A DNA stretch of 64,000 bases from Paramecium tetraurelia (taxonomy: Eukaryota): NCBI GenBank assembly GCA_000165425.1, contig CT868072.1:1-64000 (forward strand), given 5' to 3'. Each line of letters starts with the position of its first letter. Positions within the stretch are counted from its first letter, which is position 1. Below the pieces are notes generated by a model. The model was not told the origin of the DNA. It was given only the letters and a program-made list of their open reading frames with translations, and made no database searches. Of the stretch, positions 26,368 through 39,514 are shown piece after piece. Both the position numbers and the translations under genes were made by a program.

Positions 26368-28612
26368 TCATTAAGACTTGCTGAGTTCTTGCAAGTATTG
26401 GTACTCCTCTTTAAGTGTTTCTTACCTAAATAGAAATCTGCTTTGAGGCACATTGTTCCTCTCTGGATTGTCTAGAGAATAAAGGGTCATACATTACTTG
26501 TAGTCTTGTACATCTTTTCGTATTGAGCTCCAACATAAAATTCTTTGATGATAGATTCGAAACTAGAGCATCGAACTGAGTTACGTGCCAATTCAGCCAT
26601 GTCTACATTGGATAAATCAAAGATCTGTTGAGCAATTGCATATTCCTCTAGAAGAGGTTAATCAGTCATGTGTAACATCAGCGGATCATCAGTGGACAAA
26701 CACACATTGAGTCCCTGTCTAAAGTAACTGTTAAAAGGTGAATCTGCATATTTACATATGAGTTTATTATTGGCAATCGGAGACATGGATATACCAATTT
26801 GTTTGAGATAATACAAATACTTAAGAACAGGTGATTGTTCTAGGATAAGTCCATGATTAATCCCTTTCGCCAGTAAATATGCGCATGCCAAGTGATCAAT
26901 ATTTCCATTGAGACCACAATGAGGTCTTAAATCAAGAGTATTTAAGCCTCGTTGTTGTCTCAACTGATTCAAACTGGATAGATTGGCATAGATGTAATAA
27001 ATCCAATAAGCATAATGGGGATTGGAGTCCTTGGTCCAATGAATAGGTTGGATCTTGAGGTGTTGAAGAAAGAAGTTCTCATGTTAATTCTCATCATCAA
27101 CACAATCGAATGCTGAGATGCTGAAGAGTGCTTGATACAAGTCTGGATCGACTTCAGGATTGATAGTGACTTCAAACAAGGGTCTAAAAATGTTGTCAAT
27201 CATATCCTGAAATGAATTGAGTTCCCCATTCTTTCTGTAAACTGAATAGAGTCTAGGCAATTAGATGATCCACCTAATATTTGGATGTTGTAATTTATTT
27301 TTAATAAGCCATTGAGCCTTTATTCTCCATTCACTGCTAGATTTGCCATAGATGGTGATTCTCCATTCGGCATACGTGTGTCTGTCCATATTTTTAATCA
27401 TATCTTGAGTAATTTCAGCTATGTATTTTCCTTTGATATAATTATCTGTCTTCAAAAAGATGCTCCTTAACAGTGGTTATCCAAGAGGACTGTACTTGCT
27501 AGTAAATCTATCGAATCTCTTATAGAGAGACTTATCTGCTTAAACATCCAGGAGATCTATATTTAGTTCTTCAGTTTTAAATTTAAATCGCTTTTAAATG
27601 TCTTTGAGTGTCATTTCTTTACCATCATCCAAATAGACAACTTCTTCGGGACATTGTCTGAATTTCTTCTTCATAAATTCGAGCAATTACTTGCCATTCA
27701 TACTTTGACTATGATGAATGTGAGTGTCTATTTTTAGCACACTATAAAAGTCACGATTCTTTATTCGCTTTTGATCTTCGCTTTCTCTGTCACTATTGAA
27801 CAAGCAGTGCATTTTGAATTTCTGTTCCAAATACTTATTGCGTGAATAGCACCAACTGGAAATCATCTTGTCATTGGCTATTTCAACAAACGTAAGTAGA
27901 TCCTTAATGAACTCCTTAATAGAGTGCATCTTGGTCAGCCAATGCCCATCTTATTGGACTGCATAGACTCCATCTGAGACATGGATTTCCACTTTTTCCA
28001 TTTTAGCCACTGGTTCAATGTGACATCTGTAATCAACAATGGGTTCTTGGGTGTCAGCCGAATAAGTGGTTACTTCTTCCAATCCATTCCAATCACTTTG
28101 GAGATCAGGGTTGTAATCTGTGCGTTTCTTGAGTAGGGATACGATCTTCTTTGCAGATGCTCTCCCTTCATTTTCACTCTGTTCATGGATAGCACATTTT
28201 TCACATGTTTTTGATCTATTTTTAAAACATTCTGAAGTTACTTCGATATAATCATACTCTCGGATACTTAGGATGTTGAAGTCGGATTGTTCAAAAAATA
28301 TGGTGTCTCTTTTAAGAGTCTTTTTCGGACTTTAGAATGGTTTGGAGGAATGAGCTGATTTGACAGATTCAGTGGGACTGTCTAATTGACTGAGTTTGCG
28401 TCCAACCAAATTCTTCATGTATTTGTGTTTATCTTCCACTTCAGCAAGTTCTTCTTCTTGGATTATCTCAGTGATCATTTGAGAGATACCCTTCATATTC
28501 TGCAATTGTTTCACTGAATAGGTTATTTAAAAGTGTTACTTTGCTTGTAGACTTGTGATTCTGGTTCTTCAAGATCACTCTCGCTGTCCATTCTTGTTAA
28601 TTATTTTGACAT
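26368..28612 (-). CDS. AMPD: AMP deaminase family protein (catalytic Glu substituted)
   Basis: KIDTHIHHS, FLKTDNYIKG, AEWRITIYG, FDCVDDE, LRPHCGLNG, INHG, LSTDDPL; one intron near the 5' end. Confidence 0.93.
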
Positions 28613-28671
28613 AATTTTATATACCAAATTATTACAAATAAAATTAATAATAATTAAAATATATATATCTG

Positions 28672-29532
28672 ATGTCAAGAGTGAAACAATCTGCTTGTAA
28701 TATTGTGAGTGTTATAGGGTTTTAGATGTGTAACCATCTCCAAGTTCAGGAAGAATTCAAAAGATTTCTGAGAAATTGTCAACCATCCAAATTGGAGTCG
28801 AGAATGAACGATTCCAAAAATTGGAATAGGCCGAATAACGAATTCAATAGGCAGAAGATGCATTCAATGAGTTCCAAGAGTAAATCTTCACAAAACTAAA
28901 TGGATTACGAGATCAAGTATCCACATTATTTTAAATGTTCGTTAACAGTTAGGCAAATTATCCAAATAAGTGGAAGATGACAGATTGGCTAAGGAACAAG
29001 CCAATGAAGCCAAGAACAGGGAGGTCCAAGCTTTGACCAAGAAGTTCGAGAATGCCATTGAGAATGAACAGCAAACCAAGAAGGAGGGAGAAGCTAAAGT
29101 TCTTAGATTGACAGAGGATAAAACTGCACTCCTAAGAACAGAAGTACAAAAGGAGACAGCCTAAAGAGTGGATGCCATTGAGGGCATTCATTAGGGTCTT
29201 TAGAATGATTTGCCAAAGATTTAAGAGGCCATCAGAGAGGAGGCCAATGAGAGAGATGAGGCAGATTAAAATGTAAGTATCTCAGGTGATATTTTTAAGG
29301 TAATGAAATCAATAACAGACGAATTGGTTAAGTTGAGCAATCTGATCAATGTGGAGAAGAGAAACAGAGATGAGAGTGAATAATCCATATTTGAGATGTT
29401 GAAAGACATAGTCAATAGAGTGAAAGTTGAGTTGGATTAGGAGAAGAGAACCAGAGAGTAATCTGAAGAACACTTACTCAGTTTATGCTGGAAGACACAT
29501 GTAATAAACTTAGTATTGCAGCAAATTTATGA
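28672..29532 (+). CDS. SF-assemblin/beta-giardin (striated rootlet/kinetodesmal fibre) protein; apparent frameshift near 3' end
   Basis: SPSSGRIQKISEKLSTIQIGVENER...; coiled coil with E..ER periodicity; C-terminal LEDTCNKL lies in a shifted frame after ~29485. Confidence 0.85.
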
Positions 29533-29557
29533 CATATATATCTATATTATGAATTAT

Positions 29558-29970
29558 TCATTAGTCAAGGTATCCATCTTCATTACACTAGGAATTTAAC
29601 ACACAGTATTGAATTATACCACCTGAGATTCTTCATACTTCTATTCCTCTATCAAAGTGGAATCAGTAATTAAGTCATATCTTAAAATCAGATCGGCCGC
29701 CAATTCATGAGGTTCACAAAATTGTATTGAAATTGATACAAGTTGCTTAGTATATTCATACAAGTTGAGGAATTCGAAATCTTATTGATGATAACGATGC
29801 CCAAAAGTTTGATGTGTTTAAGGCATTTCTTCGTATATCTTGGTTAAGGTATGCTAATCCATGTTCTTGTAATTAGAATGCAATTTGGCATTGGAGTCAA
29901 GCTTGGCACCACTGAACGATGGATTAATTTGTTGGTTCTAAAATCTCGATGTACCAAACACTTATCTCAT
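29558..29970 (-). CDS. Small hypothetical protein
   Basis: MRQVFGTSRFQNQQINPSFSGAKLDSNAKLH... open frame; 3' end assumes a 32-nt intron. Confidence 0.5.
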
Positions 29971-29989
29971 AAATCAAAATAATATAAAA

Positions 29990-31052
29990 TCATTTCTTCG
30001 TTTAGTATTGTTGTTTTTAATTTGTAAACTTCTTCAACTCCTGTTATTATTGTCCTAGATCTTGTAGTTTTCTAGGAGCAAACTCTGGCGTTGTTTGTTA
30101 CTACTTGAACAGTAAATGTTCAGTGACTTGTTTAGCTGTGAATCTTTATTTTGGATTCCACTTAAGCATTCCCTGTATCAAATCTAAAGCCATTGGGGAT
30201 GCTTTGATTGCATGCAATAACTTCTATGGGTAGTGTGTCAACTTCAATCCCAGTTGATTCACCAATTTGACCCCTTCACTCCAATCTTAGTTACTGAATG
30301 TACTAAAATAGATTTTGAGTTATCTCTCTTACCCCAATATTTGCTGCATTCGATCAAACTGTTCCAACTCTGAACCACCCACGAATAAGGGTCTTCCCAA
30401 AAACAATTCGCATGTGACACATCCCAAAGCAAATATGTCTATCTATGCATCGTAACTAGTTGAATGCAGCAGGATCTCAGGAGCCTTTTAATCTCTGAAA
30501 ATCATTACTCTGTACCATCGAGTGGACACATAATCAGTAAAGGGGGGCTTGACTTCCCTTGAAAGGCCGAAGTCTATCAGCTTTACGCATTCATTCTCAA
30601 TCAATATGTTCTCCGGCTTTATGTCCCTTACTTTTACTTTAATTCACCATACCTATGAAAATATCCCAGATGATGGATGTGGAGCAAAGCATTCGCACAT
30701 TGCAGTATTATGTGCTTTATTCGCTCCTCATCCAATTTATCCTACGTATAGAGCTAGTACACATTGTTCTCCACATATTCATAGATCAAGTACAGGCGCT
30801 TGTTCTCGTATCGCACTAACACATGCACTTATGCATACTGTCGAGCAATTTTATGATGTTTGGATGCTCCTTCAATTTCATCAACGCCTTCACTTCTCTC
30901 AATTGCAGACACTCCTCCATCGACTCAAACGTCTCTCTCAACATCTTGATTGCCACTCGTTTCCCACTCTCCACATTCACACCACTGTGCACTATCCCAT
31001 AAGATCCATTCCCCAAACACTCCTGCAATTGGTACTCTTATAATATATTCAT
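29990..31052 (-). CDS. MAK/ICK (RCK family) protein kinase
   Basis: [47 protein letters not shown] (TDY activation motif); several introns. Confidence 0.92.
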
Positions 31053-31065
31053 AATAAATTTTAAT

Positions 31066-31603
31066 TCAATTATGTTTTATCCCTCCCATAAACGACCTCG
31101 CATCAGGCACTATCCCATTCATCTACGCTCCAGAAAAGTCGAACCCAGGGTGTTCCTCCTAAAGACCTCTCCAAAAGCATCTTCTTCTACAATTCCTGCT
31201 CCGTCAATGCATCCACCTTCCCATGTCCCACAAACACACTTGCCCACAAATCCCCTTTGTAAGCCTTCTGCAATATTATGTGAAGTTCTTCTTCCTCCAC
31301 CAAACAGTAAGACTCACTAGAATCACACTATTTCACCAATGGTTCATTAATAAATGGAGGATTCCCCTTAATTCCGATCCGTAAATGATCAGCCTTTATT
31401 TAAACGTCCAATTTGGCATCTGCTCCCCTGGTTTCAATTGTTATCTCACTTAATCCTCATACTTTTTTAAAACCGCCTTTGGAGGCTCAATGTATATATT
31501 GATATCATCTAAAGTTTGATCCCATTCACAAATTGTCCTTCCCTAATACTAGAATTTTATCTTCCCTTTGCTTTTCTTAAAAATCTTTAGAAGGTTCTAA
31601 CAT
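31066..31603 (-). CDS. NudC-domain (CS/p23, NudCD2-like) protein; three apparent single-base frameshifts
   Basis: GRTICEWDQTLDDINIYI, KADHLRIGIKGNPPFINE, QEEHPGFDFSGAQMNG..FMGG segments lie in different frames. Confidence 0.75.
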
Positions 31604-31827
31604 ATATTTGAAAAAAATAAAATAATGATTATTTGAATGGAGTATTTACAATTTCAAACTAATAATAGATCATCCAGAGTACTCGAATGAAGATAAGTCA
31701 AGAAATCTAATTAGAATTCCTTGTGAAGATGTGATAATAGATGAGTGTGATTTTTAGTGTTTAACAGAGGTGTTCCTGTTCATTATTCATACATTAATCT
31801 ATTATTATATTGTTGAAAAAAGAAATA

Positions 31828-32637
31828 ATGATTAAATTTTTTGGGATTGTGATTTACATCTTCTTCATATTATCAGTTGTTGGCCCAATCTATTCATTTT
31901 TGACATTTTAGCCCAAAAGAGCCTAAGAGTTTTGGTCTCGATTAGCTGTCAAGACATTGCGACTGCAATTCAGATATTTGCCAAACTCGAAATAAGTGCA
32001 AACAAATAAGAGAGTAATCCTTTATTATTGAAATGAAGACAATGTTACTATTCAACCACAGAACCCAGGGAGATTTCTTTATCCATGACGTGGTTTCTCA
32101 ATTTAGTGCAAATTTCTTGGCAAGATGGATGGTGGCAGTAGCATTTCCAATGCTGGCTATATTCCAATAATTGTTTACACAATCAGTCTGGTTTTTCAGG
32201 AGAGGAGGCAACGATCTGAATAAGTATATATATATAATATTATTAAAAAGCTTCTTTAAATGGATTGATAACAAATTCGACAAAGCCACAAGACCGAACT
32301 TGCTAGTCTATCCGGAAGGTCACAGAATGCACGACAGTGACAAAGTCGGCAAGATGAAGAATGGAATGCTTCAATATGCGTATGATCGAAAAATAGATAC
32401 ACAAATCATCATCGTTTTGGGTATCGAAAAAGCCTTTAATGAGAAAAAATTCCATGTAAATTTGGGGTAATATTGCATCTGTAACTTCTATTTAGACCCA
32501 CTCAGATTTCAATCAAGGTAGATGAAATAATCAAACCTGATAAATTTGCTACTTTTGAATTGTTTGTTGAACACATTTAAGCAATGTTTAGGAAGAATTT
32601 TGAAGAAACCTATGATTATTAATATAAACAATCATGA
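31828..32637 (+). CDS. Phospholipid/glycerol acyltransferase (PlsC/LPAAT family)
   Basis: N-terminal TM, NHRTQGD (HxxxxD), YPEGHR; three tiny introns. Confidence 0.88.
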
Positions 32638-32828
32638 GTATAATATTTATATTAATAAATATAATGTGCTGAATTCCATATATTTTCATTTTACTCAAAA
32701 TATCTCTTATATTAGATTCTTGGAATCTCCATAGTGGCATATCCTATTGAAAATGCAATTTCCTATCTGTAAATAAATGCAGGTTGGTTTTATTTGTATC
32801 TAATTTTTATTAATATAAAAATAATTTT

Positions 32829-33531
32829 ATGAAAAGAAAAACTCTGTTACTTGAAGCTGATATTATATAATAAATAAAAAGTGCCTTCAACCTTAATCAA
32901 ATTGAAATAACAGAACTGATGACTTAAGCTAAACGATATGATCCTAAAGGAACTGGTTTTGTTAGCAAAAATGAGGTCGATGATATCATGAGAGGTTATT
33001 TAATATTGTTTTATAAGTTAGATTTGAAGTTGTTGTCAAACGAAAAGATGATTGCCAAATTCAAAGAGGAAATAAAAACTTATGAAGGAAAACAACTCGA
33101 ACTTAAGTAAATATGCGATCTGTATTGTAAATTGAAGAATTATTAATAATAATTGGAAGACGAGGAAACCATAACTCAGGAATATAGTATTTTAGATGTA
33201 ATTATCTTAAGTTGATGCATTTGTTGCCTTGGGAGGGTAGCCTGATAGATCAGGTTACGTATAAAAATAAACCATAATTGATATCATCCAACAGGAATTC
33301 GAACTGAAAATTGATTTGGAATCATTTCTTGGAGATTTCTAGGGTGATAAATTAGAATTTGAAGATTTCTGTTAGCTTTTCGAGAACGCTGGAGAAGATG
33401 CTAAATCTTTTATTACTGTATAATTTATTTTATAATAATCTCATTAGAGTTTCTCATAAGCCAAAAGAAATAATACTGATTTCACAGTCAGATTCAAAGA
33501 TTTTGAAAAATGGGAGAAAACAGCTATGTGA
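32829..33531 (+). CDS. EF-hand protein, outer-arm dynein light chain 4 (LC4)-like
   Basis: YDPKGTGFVSKNE EF-hand; DAFVALGGQPDRSGYV..IIQQEFELKID typical of LC4-like proteins. Confidence 0.8.
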
Positions 33532-33699
33532 TCATAATTTAATTTAATTTATATCATCATCTGTAACCCAACTCTTTGTTTGTTCCCTATCTCGTCATTA
33601 AAATCTATATTATCATATAATCAAATTAATAACTCTCTATTTAAGATTATTTAATTCTTTTAAAACTGCCAATTCTATTTAGAATAATAAGCAGTTTTC

Positions 33700-35250
33700 A
33701 ATTTCAATAGTAATGTCTTGAATATGTGAGTAAATTAATTGAACATTATATTTTATTTAAGGTTAATTATCGATTAATTAATTGTGATAAATCTATAAAT
33801 TCGATTTAATAGTGTACTCCTTGATTCTTACATACTTTCTCTTTTAATTGAATCGTCTTGAAAAAGAAAAGTGAAATTAATTTAAGAAATTAATATAATT
33901 AATTTATTTCTAGATTAATCAATTAAATAGTATTAGTAATAATTCAGTTTTTGAAACAAGTAAATGAAAAAATTAAATATATATCAAATTATCTATTTCT
34001 AATATATATATAAGATAACTAAGATTTCATTTTTATATCATAGCCTTGTGGGATTTGGTAATTTTTAATAATATAGACCATCAATCTTTATTTGATAAAT
34101 GAATTCAAGGAAAAATAATTAATTGAGTACTTATATGATGCTGTTTTACATTCTTTTTTGTTACTCTAAAATATTGATCTGTTTATAGTAAAGATTTAAG
34201 GATTCTTATTTGTTTTCTCTGAATTAATTAATTGCAATGCAATTTCAATTAGTATCCATATATTATTCTACTATATTTCTTTATTTGCAATTTATTATCT
34301 TAAGAAGGTAAATCTTATGTTTAAAAATTTATAGATTGAAATAATTTAACGTAAACGAATTTAGGTTGAAAATTAGTGAATTTCGTCTTTATCATAGATC
34401 AAAATGACTGATTTTATGAGAAGAACATATAGACACTGAGCATTATTATTGAGAATTATAGGTTTGCTTTATCTCTATGATCTCCCAAATAATATAATAA
34501 ATAGAAGTTTTGCTTTCTATTTAATTTAAATGAAATGAAGAAATATCCTGAATTACAACAGACAAAAAATATCTAATTTGAATAGCAGATTTAATAGCAT
34601 ATTTAATTCTGAATAATTTAAGAAAGAATAAATAGCAGAGATTATCCTTGTCACATTAGTATGTTGATTACAACACGGATGGCATTAAAAAGTCTTCGAA
34701 GTATGATGGCAACCAATTAAAATATAAAAGAGAAACAATTTAACAATTCAGGGGAAAATGAAAATTGTGAGCCATTCTAATTATTTCAAATTGATATTAA
34801 ATATTTTTTCTTGCATTTAAATTCAATTCTGCAATTGAATATTAATATTTATTTGTTTAAAATTATTTTTTAATTCCCTCTAATATAAGGAGGTTCTGTA
34901 TAAAGTAGATAAAAATTTGTAACTTATTTCATTTATATGGCAAGAAAGTATCAAAATTATAATTGTAGAATTCTTTAAAATTTAAGGAAAATTGAATATT
35001 GTATTCTCTCATAGGTATTAACCCTATTTATAAAAAGTTAATCTATTAATAAATTGTTTATGAATTAGTTTCATTACATTCTAAATCTCATAACTTAATA
35101 AATTGATGATTCAAAATCTTCATTATTTTTATACATAGAATTTAGAAATGTAAGAAAGACTATAGAATCTGACTCTATCCATCTCGGCAGATCATATAAT
35201 CAGTTTATAATAAATTAATTCTTAAAGTAATAAATGTATTTTAAAATAAA
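33700..35250 (+). pseudogene. Probable decayed coding sequence
   Basis: Coding-like Gln/Glu/Lys-rich stretches (34380-34780) with many TGA stops and no consistent gene model. Confidence 0.25.
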
Positions 35251-35336
35251 TTTATAACACTTCATGATTCCTGTAAAGTAGGTATGGAGTGTTTTGATTT
35301 AGTACATATTTTTTCGATCTACTATTTAATTAATTC

Positions 35337-35409
35337 GCCTGAATAGCTCAGCTGGAAGAGCGATAGACCCTTAATCTATAGGTCCAGGGATCAAAGCCCT
35401 GTTCTGGCG
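35337..35409 (+). tRNA. tRNA-Lys(CTT), divergent copy (C33, U4:U69 mismatch)
   Basis: GCCTGAA/TTCTGGC acceptor, GCTC/GAGC D-stem, ATAGA-CC-CTT-AA-TCTAT, CAGGG-ATCAAAG-CCCTG; downstream T-run. Confidence 0.8.
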
Positions 35410-35920
35410 AATTTTTTTTTTATTTTAATTAAATATAATGTCATAAGTAATTTTCAATATGAAGAACTTATTGTAAAGTATTGCTTTATTTGCTTCATAT
35501 ATTCTAATTTTATAAGGAATCCTTCAACTATAGATTGAAAACTTCGAGAAAATAATTTAAAATATTTAAATTGCTATTTATCTAATATTACTAATGTATT
35601 TATTCAAGTTAGTATATTAATTATTAAATTCTCTCTTTAATTAATACAAAAGAATAGTCAATTCATGCATAATAAGGTTGGTTATTATAATTATAAGTGC
35701 TTTATCTACATCAAAAAGAACATATTTCATTCAAGGAATAATTAAATTTTATTAATCATTACGTATATTTAAAGCATAGAATTGGAGTCTTCATCCACTG
35801 TAATTTAATTAAATGATATTGGGCTCGCATTTATCATAAATATTCTTAATGACAATTACACTTCTGTACTATTTTTTGTGAATAATTCTTTGGATTTATA
35901 TTAAATTATTATTAAATAAT

Positions 35921-36292
35921 ATGAGTACATACACATGGTAGCAAGTTGGATAAAATCAAAAAAATGGATGGCTTGTTATAGATGGGGTAATTTATGACCC
36001 AACTCCATATCTTAATGAACATCCAGGCGGTCCTGCAGTTTTATAAAATCGCTTTGGGAAAGATGCCACAAGAGACTTTAACGAAACAGGTGAGGAATTT
36101 AATAATAATGTAGGTCATACATCTGGAGCTCGTTAAATATTGGAGAAGTACAAAATTGGTACAGTAGATAAGAATTCTCCATAAGAGTAATGGTAAGCAG
36201 GAGGAGGCACACCAGCTAATGCTTAATAATTTGCATTTTTAATTGTTGCAATTGTCATAGTATTTATATTGTGGAATGTTTTTGCAAAATGA
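35921..36292 (+). CDS. Cytochrome b5 with C-terminal membrane anchor
   Basis: WLVIDGVIYD..YLNEHPGG..GKDATRDFNETGH; intron 36090-36113; C-terminal hydrophobic tail. Confidence 0.93.
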
Positions 36293-36310
36293 TATTATAA
36301 TAAAAATACA

Positions 36311-39300
36311 TCATATTTGAATTGTCGATCCTGTCTTTAATACTTTTCCATTTATTTTAACATTTAGACTGCAATTAAATTTTAATGGCTGATATTCCAA
36401 AATCAAGGACTTGGAGTCTATATACAGATATGGAAAATCTATTTATGTTAATATGTATTCATTGTTATTGAAATACAATTTAGCTTATGAAATCTCATCG
36501 AAATCTAAAGATTCAAACTCTATGCAAATACTTTGGACTAATCTTTAGACTCTCCTTTGACAGGCTGCCAAATATTTATTATATTCAGCAGGAAATACAA
36601 TTCCCAAGTTAATGAGTTGGTTTTAAAATTGCTTTATACTTGGGAATTACGATAATTGTTGATGAAATCTAATCAAAGGCTGAATATTTGTCAATTAATT
36701 TTGGATGAGCAATTGATTTGAAAAATTGTTGGCTAATTCTAGAATAGTTATTTGATTGATCTGAATATCTGTTACAGAGATATCTTGATCGATAACAGCA
36801 GTGATATTGGTTAGTAGATCTCTGAATTATGAGAATATATATCTAAGATCTGGCTAATCTATTATTTAATTAATCAAATCCATATTCAATTTGCAATAGC
36901 TATTTTCGCAAATATCAGGTCTATTGATAGGGAACTTTAAGTCAGTTCTTTTTTCTAGTTCCTTTGGATTGAAATTATTAGTATCCTATTTGCTCTATTA
37001 TATTTTTAATTCGAATAAATTCTAAAAGTCTTATTTGATCTTATTTTTCATGAAATTATCTATAATTTAAAATAGTTTGTATCTCAAAGCAGAATTATGA
37101 ACATTGCCATCAATAACATTCTTCAATTCTTATAGTTTTGTGGAACCACTCAAAATATTCTCAAACTCTTAATATGTAGTTGTCCTGCAAAATACCTCAT
37201 CGATATCAAAATTTAAGCATTCCATACATGCATACAAGAATTAATACACGATTTGCATTTAATCATTAATAATTGGTGAGAATTCTCTTTAATTAATGAA
37301 GTTGCATTATTCAATTAAATATTACTTAACTGTTTGATTCTATTTATTAAACAATAATTATAAATTGTCTATTAGTTGCATTGATTACAATTATTCAATT
37401 GCTTAGAAATATTGATTAGCTTACCTGCTAATTTACTCGCAATGTACACTGAATTCATTTATTTTCTACATATTCTATGTTGTCTATGGCCATTTTAATA
37501 ATGTTATAATTTCACCTTTTAATTATTCCTTAATCACAAGGTACTGCTTCAAAATGTTAATACATTTAAGCAGTTCTCCCTTCCAATTTCTTAATTATTT
37601 AACAAATTTGGTCTCACTTGAATATTGTTCGGCCAATCCTTATAGTTTTACAGACACTTCGTCATGTCTCTACATTATTATTTCGATTCTTTATCTTTCA
37701 TCATCTATATTTTCATTCCAATCAAATGTAGGGAATTTAAATTAGAGTAATTATTTTGTAGTCTCTAGAACACTGGCATCTGCATATTAGAAATGAATGA
37801 CTTCATAAAAGTCTTTCGCATAAAGTTCCTTAAAGTCGACAAAGAATCTGGGTTTAACATTATCGGTTATGTAATTTCTATATGCTATAAACTCTTATTG
37901 TTCTAATAAAGATATTTCCTATCGTATTTGATTAGTCTTCTGATATTAAGATTCTGCCTTATATATTAATTATTTGAGTTTTTTCGATTCTTCCAAAGGC
38001 ACTTAATTTCCTTTCTTTAAGTAATCAATTTGTAATTGATTCACATATGATTTGATATATTGCACTTATGCTTCAATATTGTACTAGTTAAATAGTTGAA
38101 ACTTTTCTTCTTCATTAAAATCCTTAATCCTGTTACCATTAAAGTATAATTGTTTAATGTCCAACCAAACTTACTTTGCTGCTATGGATAATTATTACTT
38201 TATTTTAATTTGTAAATTCTATAAAATTGGCTAATTTGAAATCTATTAGATTTACTTAATCTCTACATAATAAATCTTATACTATTTGTACAGAGACTCC
38301 ACATCTTCAAAAAAGTCAGAAAATAGATCAATGTTTCTGTTTTACAATTAAGTCAATCTCTCTTTAAATTCTCTTAGTTCTTATTTCTTTTCGTAAAACT
38401 TTTCTAATAGCCCTTCAATTATCATTAGCTTCTCTAATAAAGATGTAATGCTAAGAGTATCAGATTCTTATATCTAGGAATTAATTTATCTATCTAAATT
38501 GAACACTTCCCTTTCATGAATAAATAACAATAAATTAATTGATTGTGTCATTCGTTCTCTCACGTATAGCAACTAAGAACTGAATGCATTTTCTAGTTTC
38601 TGTTGATAATTTTCTTATGGTTCAATGTAATTTTTTTAGCCACTTATCTATTGAAGTATACTATTGGTCAAATTGATTTGATTTTGTATTTCCAATTTGA
38701 CATGACTTAATTATTGGTTGAAAAGTTGAACATTAGACAATGCTGACTATTGTTCTTATTAGGGAGTGGCAAATTTATTTTTCGGGGGCTTCCTACTTTA
38801 TTTTAGAATACCTAATGATTGTTCTAATTCTTCACTCTTATTTGACAATTCATATGAAAATGGTTTAATAATCTCATTGAACTAGGTTAATTTAGATATA
38901 AGGGAATTCTTTAAGATATTTGATTTGATTTTTAATATTTCTTGTACAATGACGTTAGATAATGGAATTTACAATCTATCATTCTCTAATTGACTTATAA
39001 AGTCTTTATTTAATTAAATTAAGTCTCTCCACTCTTCAAATTATTTAGCATAATCGTTCTCTGTCCAATTATCTGTAATAATTATATTTGAATTCGAATT
39101 TGGAAGATTTGATCTTTATTAGATTTGTTGCTCTTAAGATCCTTAAAAGGGTTTGGATTATAACATATTTGCATCATATCCACTATTCACAATTTAGCTC
39201 TAGTAAAAATTACCACCTCTTATGTCTGATTGGGCAAGCTAGATCTTTGATTATTGTTGCTATTTGATTTGTGACTACTATTAACCCTCATCTATTACAT

Positions 39301-39514
39301 ATTATTAACATATTATACAGAATTGTTATTACTTTAAGAGTTACGAACCAGTTGGATTATTTATTTATGAGGGCTGATTCTGGGAATCCCACCTAATATT
39401 ACTTTAAGCATAAGCAAAATTGTTATAATTGAGTACTTGGCTGTTCTATGTTCTATTTTGGTTTGACATATTTGCTGGAAGTCCAATTTGACTTTGTTGG
39501 ATATTAGAAGACAT
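36311..39514 (-). CDS. Large (~1067 aa) hypothetical protein, Gln/Asn-rich N-terminus and helical body
   Basis: ATG-to-TGA span divisible by 3 and open in all segments translated; no motif recognised. Confidence 0.75.

Noticed and set aside
30549..31320. Long plus-strand ORFs (164 aa and 82 aa) in the ORF track
   Set aside because: Antisense shadows of the GC-richer MAK kinase and NudC genes on the minus strand.
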